Assembly: GCF_004353825.1 (NCBI RefSeq) | Contig: NZ_SMNA01000001.1 | Coordinates: 1-64,000 of the forward strand | From: Occultella glacieicola | GTDB lineage: Bacteria > Actinomycetota > Actinomycetes > Actinomycetales > Beutenbergiaceae | Direction: 5' to 3' | Length of the DNA: 64,000 bases | Program-made: the position numbers and the translations under genes | Shown here: positions 17,926-27,800 of the stretch, in pieces | Layout of the letters: every line of letters starts with the position of its first letter | How positions within the stretch are numbered: the first letter of the stretch is position 1 | Notes under the pieces: model-generated | The model's input: the letters and a program-made list of their open reading frames with translations, nothing else | Told to the model about the DNA's origin: nothing | Databases searched by the model: none

Positions 17926-19079
17926 ACCGCACTGACACGTTCCTGAACCAACTCGCCGTCCTCGATCCCGCCGCAGACTCGACCCACACCAGCCCCGAGA
18001 CGGTCGAGGACACCCGGCTCTGGGTGCTCAGCCACGACCGGAGCGACCGCAAGGGACGCTCTGCGGCGCCCACCACCCCCGGCGTGGGCGAGCTGGTGAC
18101 TCTCCTCCGGGCGGAACCGGTCGCCGGGCACCGCGTACGTGGTGAGGGTCCCCGGCGTGAGGCCCGGCCGAACCGCCTCGCCCGCCGGCGGGTGGCGCTG
18201 GCGGGCGCGGCCGTGGTCATCGTTCTCGGCGTGGTGGGTGTGCTGCCGAACATCCTGCCCGGCGGCGAGACCACGACACCGCCGGCCGCGGCGATCCCGA
18301 TGCTCGCCTATGCCGAGCCGGACGGCGTCGACGGCCCCGCGGGGCTGCAGCAGCTCGCGGATCAGGTGCGCGCCGCCGTACCGCCGACCGAGTCCGGACG
18401 GTACTTCTTCGAGCACCGCCAGTACGTCGGCTACGCGATGCACGAGGTCGAGGTGTCCGAGGGCTACTGGGAGGTCGACCGCCTCGTCCCCATCGTGGAC
18501 CAGTCCTACCGTTGGTACGAGACCACCGACCTCTCCGGCGGGCAGTTGTACGTTCGCGACGGCGAGGAGGTCGAGACCCACGAGACCGTGCTCGCCGCGG
18601 GCGAGGGCGCCACCTACCCGTTCGACCTACCGGACGCGCCGCAGGCGATCTATGACCTCGTCATGCTCAACAACGACCAGCACCAGAGCAACCCGGGCTA
18701 CTACCTCATCGACGCCTACAACGCGGCGGCGAACGCGCTCAGCCAGGAGGGCCGGGCGACCTTCCTCGAGGCGCTCGCGCTCGCCGACGACGTCACCTCC
18801 TACGGCCAGGTCACCGACCGCGAGGGCCGCGACGGGGTCGCCTTCGGTGCCTCCCGGTTCGAGGTGGACACCGAGGGCGAGACGGTCGAGATCGAGTCGA
18901 TCCTGATCCTCGACCCGGACACCGGGAAGGTCCTCGAGGTGGAAACGGTGTACCCGAACGACCTCGCCGGAGCCCCCGACGTCGTCGAGGAGTACGACCT
19001 CGTGGTCGAGACCGGGTACATGGACACGCTGCCGGACTGCGGGTCCGTCGTCTGCCCCGGAGTCGACGACGCCGGCTGA
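17922..19079 (+). CDS. Membrane-anchored anti-sigma-like protein (CU044_5270-like)
   Basis: ATGA overlap with the ECF sigma gene; single TM; extracellular domain with TDREGRDGVAF...LILDPDTGKVL. Confidence 0.75.
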   Translation: MNRTDTFLNQLAVLDPAADSTHTSPETVEDTRLWVLSHDRSDRKGRSAAPTTPGVGELVTLLRAEPVAGHRVRGEGPRREARPNRLARRRVALAGAAVVIVLGVVGVLPNILPGGETTTPPAAAIPMLAYAEPDGVDGPAGLQQLADQVRAAVPPTESGRYFFEHRQYVGYAMHEVEVSEGYWEVDRLVPIVDQSYRWYETTDLSGGQLYVRDGEEVETHETVLAAGEGATYPFDLPDAPQAIYDLVMLNNDQHQSNPGYYLIDAYNAAANALSQEGRATFLEALALADDVTSYGQVTDREGRDGVAFGASRFEVDTEGETVEIESILILDPDTGKVLEVETVYPNDLAGAPDVVEEYDLVVETGYMDTLPDCGSVVCPGVDDAG

Positions 19080-19083
19080 TGCG

Positions 19084-20034
19084 TCAGGCCGGTACACCGG
19101 CGATCCCGTCAAGCAGGTCGATCTCAGACTCGTTCAGCTCAAGCGCCCCGGCCGCCACGTTCTCCTCGAGGTGCGTGACGTTGCCGGTGCCGGGGATCGC
19201 GAGCACGTGCGGGCCGCGGTGCAGCGTCCAAGCCAGCCGCACCTGGGCACCGGAGGCGCCGTGGGCGGCGGCGACCGCGGCGACCTCCGCCAACCCGGTC
19301 TCGTCGGCCGCGTCGTGCGGGCTGGTGCCGGGCACCACGGCCGCGACGGCGAAGAACGGCACGAACGCGATGCCGAGCTCGCCGCAGAGCGTGAGCAGGG
19401 CGTCGTCGGCGCGGTTGGTCAGGCCGTACTGGTTCTGCACGCACACGATCGGAGCGATCGTCAGGGCCTCGGTCAGCTGCTCGGCGGTGATGTTGGAGAT
19501 TCCGAGGTGCCGGATCAGGCCGGCGTCGCGCAGTTCCGCGAGCGCGCCGACGTGGTCGGCGACCGGTCCCGCCTCGGTGGTCATGCCGGAACCCCACCGG
19601 AGGTTGACCACGTCGAGGTGGTCGAGGCCGAGCTGGCGGATGTTCTCCTCCACCTGGCCGCGGAGCTGGTCGGGACGGGCGTAGGGCTCGAAGCCGCCGT
19701 CCCGCGAACGGCTGGCGCCGACCTTGGTGGTGATCACGAGGTCGTCGGGGTAGGGCTGCAGGGCGGTGCTGATCAACTCGTTCGCGGACCGGGTCGGGAC
19801 GAAGTAGAAGGAGGCGGTGTCGATGTGGTTGACGCCGAGCTCGACGGCGCGGCGGAGCACGGCGATGGCGTCGTCGCGGTCCCGGGGGGCCGGGTCCCAC
19901 GGCATGCCGGTGAGCCGCATCGCGCCGAGGCCGGTCCGGTTGATGGTCCGGTCGCCCAGCTGCCAGGTGCCGGCAGCCGCGGCGTGCGGGACGGACGGGG
20001 TTGCGGTGTTCGGGGCTGCGGTGTTCGTTGTCAT
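19084..20034 (-). CDS. Aldo/keto reductase
   Basis: GLGAMRL, GVNHIDTASFY, GLIRHLGISN, LAIPGT..HLEEN. Confidence 0.92.
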   Translation of the reverse strand: MTTNTAAPNTATPSVPHAAAAGTWQLGDRTINRTGLGAMRLTGMPWDPAPRDRDDAIAVLRRAVELGVNHIDTASFYFVPTRSANELISTALQPYPDDLVITTKVGASRSRDGGFEPYARPDQLRGQVEENIRQLGLDHLDVVNLRWGSGMTTEAGPVADHVGALAELRDAGLIRHLGISNITAEQLTEALTIAPIVCVQNQYGLTNRADDALLTLCGELGIAFVPFFAVAAVVPGTSPHDAADETGLAEVAAVAAAHGASGAQVRLAWTLHRGPHVLAIPGTGNVTHLEENVAAGALELNESEIDLLDGIAGVPA

Positions 20035-20129
20035 GGAGACAGCCTTGCGCGGCGCCGGCCCCCTTCGGCCCCGCTGGCAGGTTGCTGCCGATCCTTGGCA
20101 GGATGCTGCCGGCGAGCAAGAATCGACGT

Positions 20130-20786
20130 ATGCAGACCGGCGAAGCAGTCACGCTCGTCCACGGCGAGGAGGAGTTGCTCGCTCGGACGAGGCACCTGTT
20201 CGAGACGGCGACCGACGTGGCGTGCGCGGCGAACGACCTCGGCACCTGGACGATGAGGCAGGAGCCGGAGTGGCTGGACGCCGCAGCCCTGTCACGGCGG
20301 GGGGACGTCCGGGTACGCAAGATCTTCCGGCCCGGGATGCTGCTCGACCCGGTGTCCGCGCAGCAGGTCGCCACGGCCCGGGACCGGCACGGTGCCCAGA
20401 TCCGCATCACCACCGAGGACATCAACGAGACCATCATCTTTGACCGGCGCCTCGCGGTCCTCGCCGGCGACGTCAGGGCCGGCCGGCGCAGCTACAGCGT
20501 GATCACCCAGCCCGAGGTGGTGCAGGGCGTCACGTCACTGTTCGAGGCGGCCTGGAGGTCCGCCACGGATCTCGCGCTCTACGACGCCCGGATCGCCGAG
20601 GTCCGCGAGCTCGCGCCCCGGGTGCTGGACCTCCTCGCGCAGGGGGCCAAGGACGAGTCCGCGGCCAGGATCCTCGGTCTCGGTGTGCGTACCTACCGGC
20701 GGAGGGTGGCCGGACTCATGGATGCGCTGGGGGCCGAGTCCCGGTTCCAAGCCGGCGTGCGGGCCCGGGAGCTGGGTCTCGTCTGA
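20130..20786 (+). CDS. LuxR-type HTH transcriptional regulator
   Basis: C-terminal VLDLLAQGAKDESAARILGLGVRTYRRRVAGLM..LGAESRFQAG; divergent from the AKR gene. Confidence 0.85.
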   Translation: MQTGEAVTLVHGEEELLARTRHLFETATDVACAANDLGTWTMRQEPEWLDAAALSRRGDVRVRKIFRPGMLLDPVSAQQVATARDRHGAQIRITTEDINETIIFDRRLAVLAGDVRAGRRSYSVITQPEVVQGVTSLFEAAWRSATDLALYDARIAEVRELAPRVLDLLAQGAKDESAARILGLGVRTYRRRVAGLMDALGAESRFQAGVRARELGLV

Positions 20787-20873
20787 GGCGCCGGTGAGAA
20801 GCGCCGGGGACGCCGGTCCATAGACCAGAGTGGGCACGATGCCCGCCTTACCCGACCACCCAAGGAGAACCAC

Positions 20874-21167
20874 ATGTCGTTCCAGGCCTACCTCGACACC
20901 ATCGAGGACAAGACGGGGCGCACCCCCCGCGAGCTCGTCGCGATCGCCGGGGAGAAGGGCATCACCGCGGACTCCAAGGCCGGTGACGTCGTGACCTGGC
21001 TCAAGGAGGACTACGACCTCGGCCGTGGGCACGCGATGGCACTGTGGCACGTGATCAAGAACGGCCCGGGCATCAGCAGTAAGCACGTCGGGACCACGGG
21101 CACCCACCGGGACGCCTCCGACACGCTCTGGCTGGACGGGAAGGCGACACGGCCGAGCACGGCCTGA
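20874..21167 (+). CDS. DUF4287 family protein
   Basis: MSFQAYLDTIEDKTGRTP...WLKEDYDLGRGHAMAL; RBS aaggag. Confidence 0.85.
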   Translation: MSFQAYLDTIEDKTGRTPRELVAIAGEKGITADSKAGDVVTWLKEDYDLGRGHAMALWHVIKNGPGISSKHVGTTGTHRDASDTLWLDGKATRPSTA

Positions 21168-21258
21168 CCCCGGTCCGGCAGCGACGACGGCGACTCACCC
21201 GGAGCAGCGGCTGGTCGTCGGCGCCGTCGACGCTGGCTGCGCGGCGACGACGCGCGGG

Positions 21259-22167
21259 TCAGTCCTGCGGGTCCAGGCCGGCCTGGGCTGCCGCGTGGAC
21301 CCGGTCGTCGCCGGTCTCGAGCGCGTAGAGCCCGTACGCGACGGGTCCGAAGGCGAGCAGTTCGGCACAGTGTTCGGCGAGCCTGGACCAGGTGCGTCCA
21401 CCCCGCTCGGCGAAGCGGCGCACGGTGAGGTCGAAGATCTCCGGCGGGGCGGTCATCTTCTGGAACGCGAGGTCGCGGGCCGGGTCGTCGAAACCACCCG
21501 TGGTCCAGTCGATGACGGCGCTGATGCGTCCGCCGTCGAGCAGGACGTGCCCCTGGTAGAGCTCGCCGTGCCCGAAGGCGGTCCAGGTCGGCCAGTAGGA
21601 GTCGTCGTCGAGCCAGGACTCCCACCGGGCCCGCAGGGGCGCCGCCACGGCGAACGCGTCGGCCACGCGCTCGTACTGCTCGCGCCGCCGCGACCGCGAC
21701 GCGGCGGCATCGATCACATCCAGACCGGCCGCGCTCGCCTCCTCGGGCGTGATCGCCTGCATCCGGGCGACCAGGTCGGCGAACTGGGTGGCATACTCAC
21801 GGGAGGAGACGTCCATGTGCCAGACCGGTTCCCCGTCCGCCCCGAGCGTCAGGCCGGGAGACCCGGGCAGCAGCGGGTAGGCGATCAGCTCGTCGGTGCA
21901 TACTCGCCAGTCCGGCACGGCGGCGCCCAGCCGGGGCGCCACCAGGCGCAGCACCGCCGCCTCCGTGCGGATCGACTCGGCCATCCCGCCACGGCGCGGG
22001 ATCCGCAGGACCCAGGCCTCGCCGTCGGGTGTGCGTGCGTGGGCCACGCGGAAGTCGAGCCCGAGTTCGTTCAGGGTGACCGACTCCGCGGCCAGGGTCA
22101 GACCGTGGCGTGCGCCCAGGGCGACGATCTCCACGGCCGTCGGGGCGGGTGACGTCGCGTCGGTCAT
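21259..22167 (-). CDS. mph: Macrolide 2'-phosphotransferase-like (APH/Mph family)
   Basis: LNELGLDFRV...WVLRIPRR; VPDWRV..ELIAYPLLPG; WLDDDSYWP; HGELYQGHVL; VIDWT. Confidence 0.78.
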   Translation of the reverse strand: MTDATSPAPTAVEIVALGARHGLTLAAESVTLNELGLDFRVAHARTPDGEAWVLRIPRRGGMAESIRTEAAVLRLVAPRLGAAVPDWRVCTDELIAYPLLPGSPGLTLGADGEPVWHMDVSSREYATQFADLVARMQAITPEEASAAGLDVIDAAASRSRRREQYERVADAFAVAAPLRARWESWLDDDSYWPTWTAFGHGELYQGHVLLDGGRISAVIDWTTGGFDDPARDLAFQKMTAPPEIFDLTVRRFAERGGRTWSRLAEHCAELLAFGPVAYGLYALETGDDRVHAAAQAGLDPQD

Positions 22168-22264
22168 GGTCCGCCACCTTAGGTGGCCCGGCGGGACCCG
22201 GCCACCGCGGCCACGGACAGGACTACGCTGCAGGCGCCGCTCCCACCGACACCCCGAGGTCACC

Positions 22265-23626
22265 ATGTCCGATCGACTGCGCCGGCCCGACCCGCCGACC
22301 GGTGCGCCCGAATCCGGTGCGCTCACCCGCTCCGAGCGCCTGGACCGACTGCCCTTCACGCGCCTGCACGGCAGACTTCTCGGTGGCTCGGGCGTGGGCT
22401 GGGCCCTGGACGCCATGGACGTCGGGCTGATCTCGTTCATCATGGCCGCCCTGGCGACCGAGTGGAACCTGAGCCAGGGCCAGGTCTCCTGGGTCGCGTC
22501 GATCGGGTTCGTCGGCATGGCCATCGGCGCCAGCGTCGGCGGGCTGCTCGCGGACCGGATCGGTCGCCGGCAGGTGTTCGCGCTGACCCTGCTCGTGTAC
22601 GGGCTGGCCACCGGCGCCTCCGCCCTGGCCGGCGGGCTCGCGGTCCTGATCGTGCTGCGGTTCATCGTGGGGCTCGGGCTGGGCTCGGAGCTACCGGTCG
22701 CGTCCACGCTCGTCAGCGAGTTCGCACCGAAGCGGATCCGCGGCCGGGTCGTGGTCATCCTCGAGGCGTTCTGGGCCGTCGGCTGGATCGCGGCGGCCCT
22801 GATCGGCTACTTCGTGGTGCCGCTGGAGAACGGCTGGCGGTGGGCGTTCCTGATCGGGATGGTCCCGGCCGCCTACGCCCTGGTGGTGCGGCGCACGCTG
22901 CCCGAGTCGGTCCGGTTCCTCGAACGCAAGGGCCGCACCGATGAGGCCGAAGCAGCCGTGTGGCGGTTCGAGGAGGCCGCCGACGTGGCGCCGGTCCCCT
23001 CCCCCGCTGCCCCTCCCGAGCCCGCACCACTGCACTGGCGCGAGCTCTGGACCGCCCGGTTCCGCCGCCGCACGCTCGCCCTCTGGATCGCCTGGTTCGG
23101 GGTGAACTTCGCCTACTACGGGGCGTTCATCTGGCTGCCGTCGCTGCTCGTGGCGCAGGGCTTCCCGCTGGTGAAGTCCTTCGAGTACACGCTGATCATC
23201 ACCCTCGCGCAGTTGCCCGGGTACGCCCTGGCCGCCTTCCTGATCGAGAAGTGGGGCCGGCGGGCCACCCTCGCCTCGTTCCTGGCCGGTTCGGCGGCCG
23301 CCGCCGTGCTCTTCGGCCAGGCGGAGACGGTGGCCGGCATCATCGCGGCCGGGATGGCGCTGTCCGCGTTCAACCTGGGCGCCTGGGGCGCCCTGTACGC
23401 GGTCACCCCGGAGGTCTACCCGACGGCGCTGCGCGGCACGGGCGCGGGCGCCGCCGCCGCATTCGGCCGGCTCGCGTCGATCATCGCGCCGCTGTGCGTG
23501 CCGGTGCTGATCACCGCCGGCGGCTCACCGCTCGCGTTCGGGGTGTTCGGGGCCGCGTTCGTGCTGGCGATGGTCGGTGCGTTGTTCCTGCCGGACCTGA
23601 CCGGGGTGGCGCTCGAGGAGACCTGA
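22265..23626 (+). CDS. MFS transporter (metabolite:H+ symporter type)
   Basis: 12-TM pattern; GLLADRIGRR motif A; LPESVRFL; PEVYPTALRGTG. Confidence 0.92.
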   Translation: MSDRLRRPDPPTGAPESGALTRSERLDRLPFTRLHGRLLGGSGVGWALDAMDVGLISFIMAALATEWNLSQGQVSWVASIGFVGMAIGASVGGLLADRIGRRQVFALTLLVYGLATGASALAGGLAVLIVLRFIVGLGLGSELPVASTLVSEFAPKRIRGRVVVILEAFWAVGWIAAALIGYFVVPLENGWRWAFLIGMVPAAYALVVRRTLPESVRFLERKGRTDEAEAAVWRFEEAADVAPVPSPAAPPEPAPLHWRELWTARFRRRTLALWIAWFGVNFAYYGAFIWLPSLLVAQGFPLVKSFEYTLIITLAQLPGYALAAFLIEKWGRRATLASFLAGSAAAAVLFGQAETVAGIIAAGMALSAFNLGAWGALYAVTPEVYPTALRGTGAGAAAAFGRLASIIAPLCVPVLITAGGSPLAFGVFGAAFVLAMVGALFLPDLTGVALEET

Positions 23627-24273
23627 CCCGGCCGCGGCCGGCCCCACTGCGCACCGAACAGCGTGCGCCAGTGACCCGTGCGGCGGATCAGCAGGTGCGT
23701 GGGGAGCTGCAGGGCAGCGATCGTGACGAGCGTGAGCACCACGTCCAGGCTCGGCACCCACGTCACCGGCAGCTGCCAGGACATCAGGATCCGCAGGCCG
23801 GCGTCGGCCAGCCCGGCGACACCCCACGCGATCGTGATCTGCCGCCAGGCCCGCCGGAACGCCGGGTCGGTGTCCCAGAGCCGGTCCAGCACATCGGCCC
23901 GGCCGGGCAGCACCTCACGGGTCACCGTGAACGTGATCGGCCGGGGCAGCGCGAGCGTCACGAACGCCCACAGGCTCAGCGGGGCGCTCACCCACGCGTT
24001 GCGCAGCAGCAACTGCCGGGCGTCCTCGGTGACCAGCCCCACAACGAGGCTGGCAACCATCCCGATCAGGATCAGCACGCCGAGGGCATCCACCGTGCGT
24101 GCCCGGACCAGGGACACAACGGACCCCACCGCCGGCGGAACCATCCCGACGATCAGCGCCGGGGCCTCACCGACGCCGAGGGCGAGCAGCCCGTGGAAGA
24201 GCACCAACGGCGCGGCGATGTCGACGAGGAGTCGGGAGGCCCGGCGCAGTCGCTTCGTCAGGTTCGTGGTCAT
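23416..24273 (-). CDS. VC0807-family membrane protein (3' end overlaps the MFS gene)
   Basis: LLVDIAAPL; EDARQLLLR; WDTDPAFRRAWRQITIAWG. Confidence 0.75.
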   Translation of the reverse strand: MTTNLTKRLRRASRLLVDIAAPLVLFHGLLALGVGEAPALIVGMVPPAVGSVVSLVRARTVDALGVLILIGMVASLVVGLVTEDARQLLLRNAWVSAPLSLWAFVTLALPRPITFTVTREVLPGRADVLDRLWDTDPAFRRAWRQITIAWGVAGLADAGLRILMSWQLPVTWVPSLDVVLTLVTIAALQLPTHLLIRRTGHWRTLFGAQWGRPRPGQVSSSATPVRSGRNNAPTIASTNAAPNTPNASGEPPAVISTGTHSGAMIDASRPNAAAAPAPVPRSAVG

Positions 24274-24355
24274 GCCTCCACGATGGCCATGACGGCCTGC
24301 GGCGCGCTCCGGGCAGGCGGCCAGAGGTGACCCGTCCGGAGGAGGTGCGCCCCCC

Positions 24356-24808
24356 CTACTTCAGTCGGTAGCCGACCTTCACGCGAGCGGGTCGACGACC
24401 GTGACGCCGTTGAACCGGGCGAACCCGCGATCTGACGTCACCAACCGTGCGCCACGCTCCAACGCAAGCGCGGCAAGGTACGCGTCCGGATTGGCGGTCG
24501 GCCGGACGGAAGGTGTCGACCAGCACATTCACGTCGAGGAACAGCACACAGTGCCCGATCGGATCGTTGTCTCCGAGCAGATCCGCCATCTGCTCCTTGT
24601 CGTCCAGGTCGACGCCCGGTCGAAGGCCCGGATGCGCGGGAATGAACACCGGGAGGTCGAGCGGCTCGGCATCGGTGCGCTCCTTCTGGGCGTCCAGGTA
24701 CGCGCGCAAGGCGTCCTCCAGCACCGAACCGATCGAGCGGTGACTGCGCGCGGCAAGGACCTTCGCTTCGGCGAGCAGGTGATCATCCACGTTGACTGTG
24801 GTACTCAT
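24356..24808 (-). CDS. vapB: VapB-type antitoxin reading through into the vapC remnant
   Basis: MSTTVNVDDHLLAEAKVLAARSHRSIGSVLEDALR...GLRPGVDLDD; no stop before the PIN N-terminus LFLDVNVLV. Confidence 0.75.
   Translation of the reverse strand: MSTTVNVDDHLLAEAKVLAARSHRSIGSVLEDALRAYLDAQKERTDAEPLDLPVFIPAHPGLRPGVDLDDKEQMADLLGDNDPIGHCVLFLDVNVLVDTFRPADRQSGRVPCRACVGAWRTVGDVRSRVRPVQRRHGRRPARVKVGYRLK
24379..24547 (-). pseudogene. vapC: Internally deleted, frameshifted VapC (PIN) toxin
   Basis: PIN N-terminus VLFLDVNVLV in one frame and C-terminus PDAYLAALALERGARLVTSDRGFARF..* in another, only 169 bp in total. Confidence 0.85.
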
Positions 24809-24881
24809 CAACGCACCAGATCATCAGCACGCGATCATCTTGATGACGCGGCCGCCTGCGCGAACTGCTCGACGTCCTGGC

Positions 24882-27800
24882 TCAGCCGGGCTCCCCGTAC
24901 ACCTGGACCTCCCCGAGCTGCATCAGGTAGCCGTCCACGGCGGGCTGCGCGAGCTTCAGTTCCGTGCCGACCACCCGTACGTAGGCCGCCGTTGTGGGCG
25001 TCTCGAGGGTGACGGTGCGCGGTTCGGCAGAGACCGCCACGTCATCGGCCACCTCGGCGGCCACGGTCCAGATCACGCCGTCCGCGGAGGTCTCGATCCG
25101 GTAGTCGGTGGGGAAGCCTCGGCCGGCGTTCGCCTGGTCGGTGGCGGCGTTGCGCGGGTGGATCACGACCTGCTCGACGGCGTAGGGCCCGCCGAGGTAG
25201 ACGGCCACCCATTCGGAGTCGATCGGCGAGGTGTTCGTGCCGACCTGCGAGGTCCACCCGTTCGTCAAGGCCGTGGGACCGTACTGACCGTCGTTCACGA
25301 AGGTGCTGGCCCAGCCCCACTGGGCCGCCTCGGTGGAGCTCGAGACCCCCACGGGGCGGTCCTGCGCCAGATTCTTTCCCTCGTACCAGGGCGTCTCCTC
25401 GACGGTGTCGTCGAAGGCCTCGGGCCCGGGCAGCGAGCCGTCGTCGGCGTAGATCTCGATCTCGGCGAGCTCGAGCGTCATCGCGCCGGTACGGGTGCTG
25501 TGTTCGTCGACGACCACCCGCACATACTGGGCGCGCACCGGACGGAACGTGATGCTCGGCACCGGCACGGACGCCGTCGGCGGTGCGAGGTCCACCTCGG
25601 CGACCGACCGCCACTGGAGGCCGTCGGTGGACACCTGGATGGTCACGGCCTCCGGGAACGCCTGGCCGTAGCCGAACACTCCACCGGCGGCGTACAGGTC
25701 GACGCGGTTGAACCGGCGCTCCGCGCGCAGGTCCAGGGTGACGGTGCTGGGTTCGCCCTCGACGATCTCGGTGGCGCGCCAGCCCTGACTGCTCGGGGTC
25801 GAGAAGCGCTCGTCGTCGGTGAGCTTGTCCATGTACCAGCCGTTGGCCCCTTCGGAGGAGGCTGCGATCACATTGGCGTTCGCGGCCAGATTCAGCGGCA
25901 CGGCTGGGGCCGGAGCCACGTAGCGAAGGTCGGCCGGCAGCGCGAGCAGCACGGCGTCACCCGCGGCGAGGTCGAGGGCGAACCTGCCGTTCCTGGCGAA
26001 CAGCGGCTGGGACGCTCCGTCCTCCCGGCTGACGACGTCCAGGTCGCGAACCCCACCGCGTAGCCGCAGCTCGACCTGCTGCTCGCTGGTGAAATCGTTG
26101 TTGACGACCATGAGGTACTGGCGCTCGGTCTCGGAGTCCACCATGCGGGAGACGATCACGTTGTCGTCGTCCGCGAAGCGGGCGATGAAGGAGTCCGGGA
26201 TCGCCGGCTGCCCGTACAGGTCGGGTCCGTGCAGGTAGACCTCCGCGGCGTCCAGGCCCATCAGGGTGGGGCCGAGGGCGTGCACCTCGGCGTTCAGTTC
26301 GCTGACCGGCTGGTACAGATCGGTGGGCGTGCCGTCCGGGGCGATGATGGCGTCCGTGAACGTCTCCGGCCGCCCGGTGGGCGTGAACCACGTGAAGTAC
26401 GAGAGCTGCGTGTAGCCGTACGCGAGGGCCGCGTTGACCTCGTACCGGATCTCCGCGGGGTTCGTGCGCCGGAAGCCCGCCGGGTTGCCGTTCGCGTCGA
26501 CCCGGCCGATGGACTGGAGGTACAGCCCGGTGGGCACGCCGTTCTCGAGGCCCTCGACGCGCATCGCGTCCATGTTGTCCAGCATCGACGCGTAGTCCAG
26601 CGAGTCCGGAGTGTCGCCGAACGGGTATCGGTCGTACATCAGGTAATCGAGCTCGTCGGTGAGGGCCAGCTCGGCGAAGTCGTCGACCTGGCTCTGGAAG
26701 GTGGCGCGATCCGGGTAGGCGAACATCGGCAGGAAGTTGAGATAGGGGTAGAGCCAGTCCGCCTCATCCTTGACGGCCCGGTGCACGCGGCCGTACGCGT
26801 TCGCGTTGTACGGCTCGTCCCGCAGGTAGAAGCCACCCACACCGGGCACGTTCTCGTACTCGGCGACGATGTCGCGGATCTCCTGGTCCGTCAGGGACAG
26901 CGATTCGTTGAGCCGGGGGTCCGAGACCCCGACGAGCATTCCGCGCTCGGCGGCCAGCGTGGCCATCCGAAGATTGATGGCCCGGCCCTGCAGGTCGGTG
27001 GAGTCGACGTTCTGGATGTAGTCGATGCCGGCGTCGGCGAGAAGGTCGTACTGCTCCGCCGTGGTGTGTTGCGCCGTCGGCGGCCAGAACGCCGAGATCA
27101 TGAACTCGGCGTCGGTGTCGACCCGTTCGGCGATGACGGTGACCGGGATCGTCACCGGGGCTCCACCGTCGGCGGCCACGGAGACGGTGGTCGCGCCCAG
27201 GGCCACGGCCGTGACCAGCCCGGCGGCGTCGACCGCGGCCACGGACGGATCGGCCGAGGCCCACGTGAAGCCGGCCGGGTCCGTGGGCACGCCGTTGAGG
27301 CTGGGCGTCAGCTGGTCGGTGTCGCCCGGGAGCAGTTCGAGAGCCGGCTTGTCGAGCTCGATGAGCAGGCCCGAGCTGGTGCCGTAGACCGCGAGCTCGG
27401 CCAGCTGGACCAGGTAGCCGTCACGGCCCGTGGGCTCGGCGCGGCGGGTCGCGAAGACCCTGACGTATCGGCCCTCGGCGGCGTCGAACTCGAGGACCTG
27501 GGCGTCGCCGACCGCGGTGTTCGCGGTGCTGGCGGCCACGGTGGACCAGGTGCTCCCGTCGTCCGAGACCTGGACCTGGTAGTCCACGGGGAAGTTCTGA
27601 CCGTCGCTGGCCGCGTCCATCCGTGGCCACAGGGCGACGCCGTTGACGGTGCTCGGGGCGAGGAGATCCAGCTGCACCCACGCCGGCGTGGTCGCCGTCG
27701 CCGTGTTGCCGATCGGGTTCGTGGTCCATCCGTAGGGCAGGGTGGCGGTGCCGATCCGGCCATCGTTGACGAACGACGTGGCCCAGCCCTCGTTCGACAT

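Noticed and set aside
24356..24371. ctac-N8-gtag palindrome upstream of the VC0807-like gene as a response-regulator site
   Set aside because: Only 4-bp arms and no cognate two-component genes in the window
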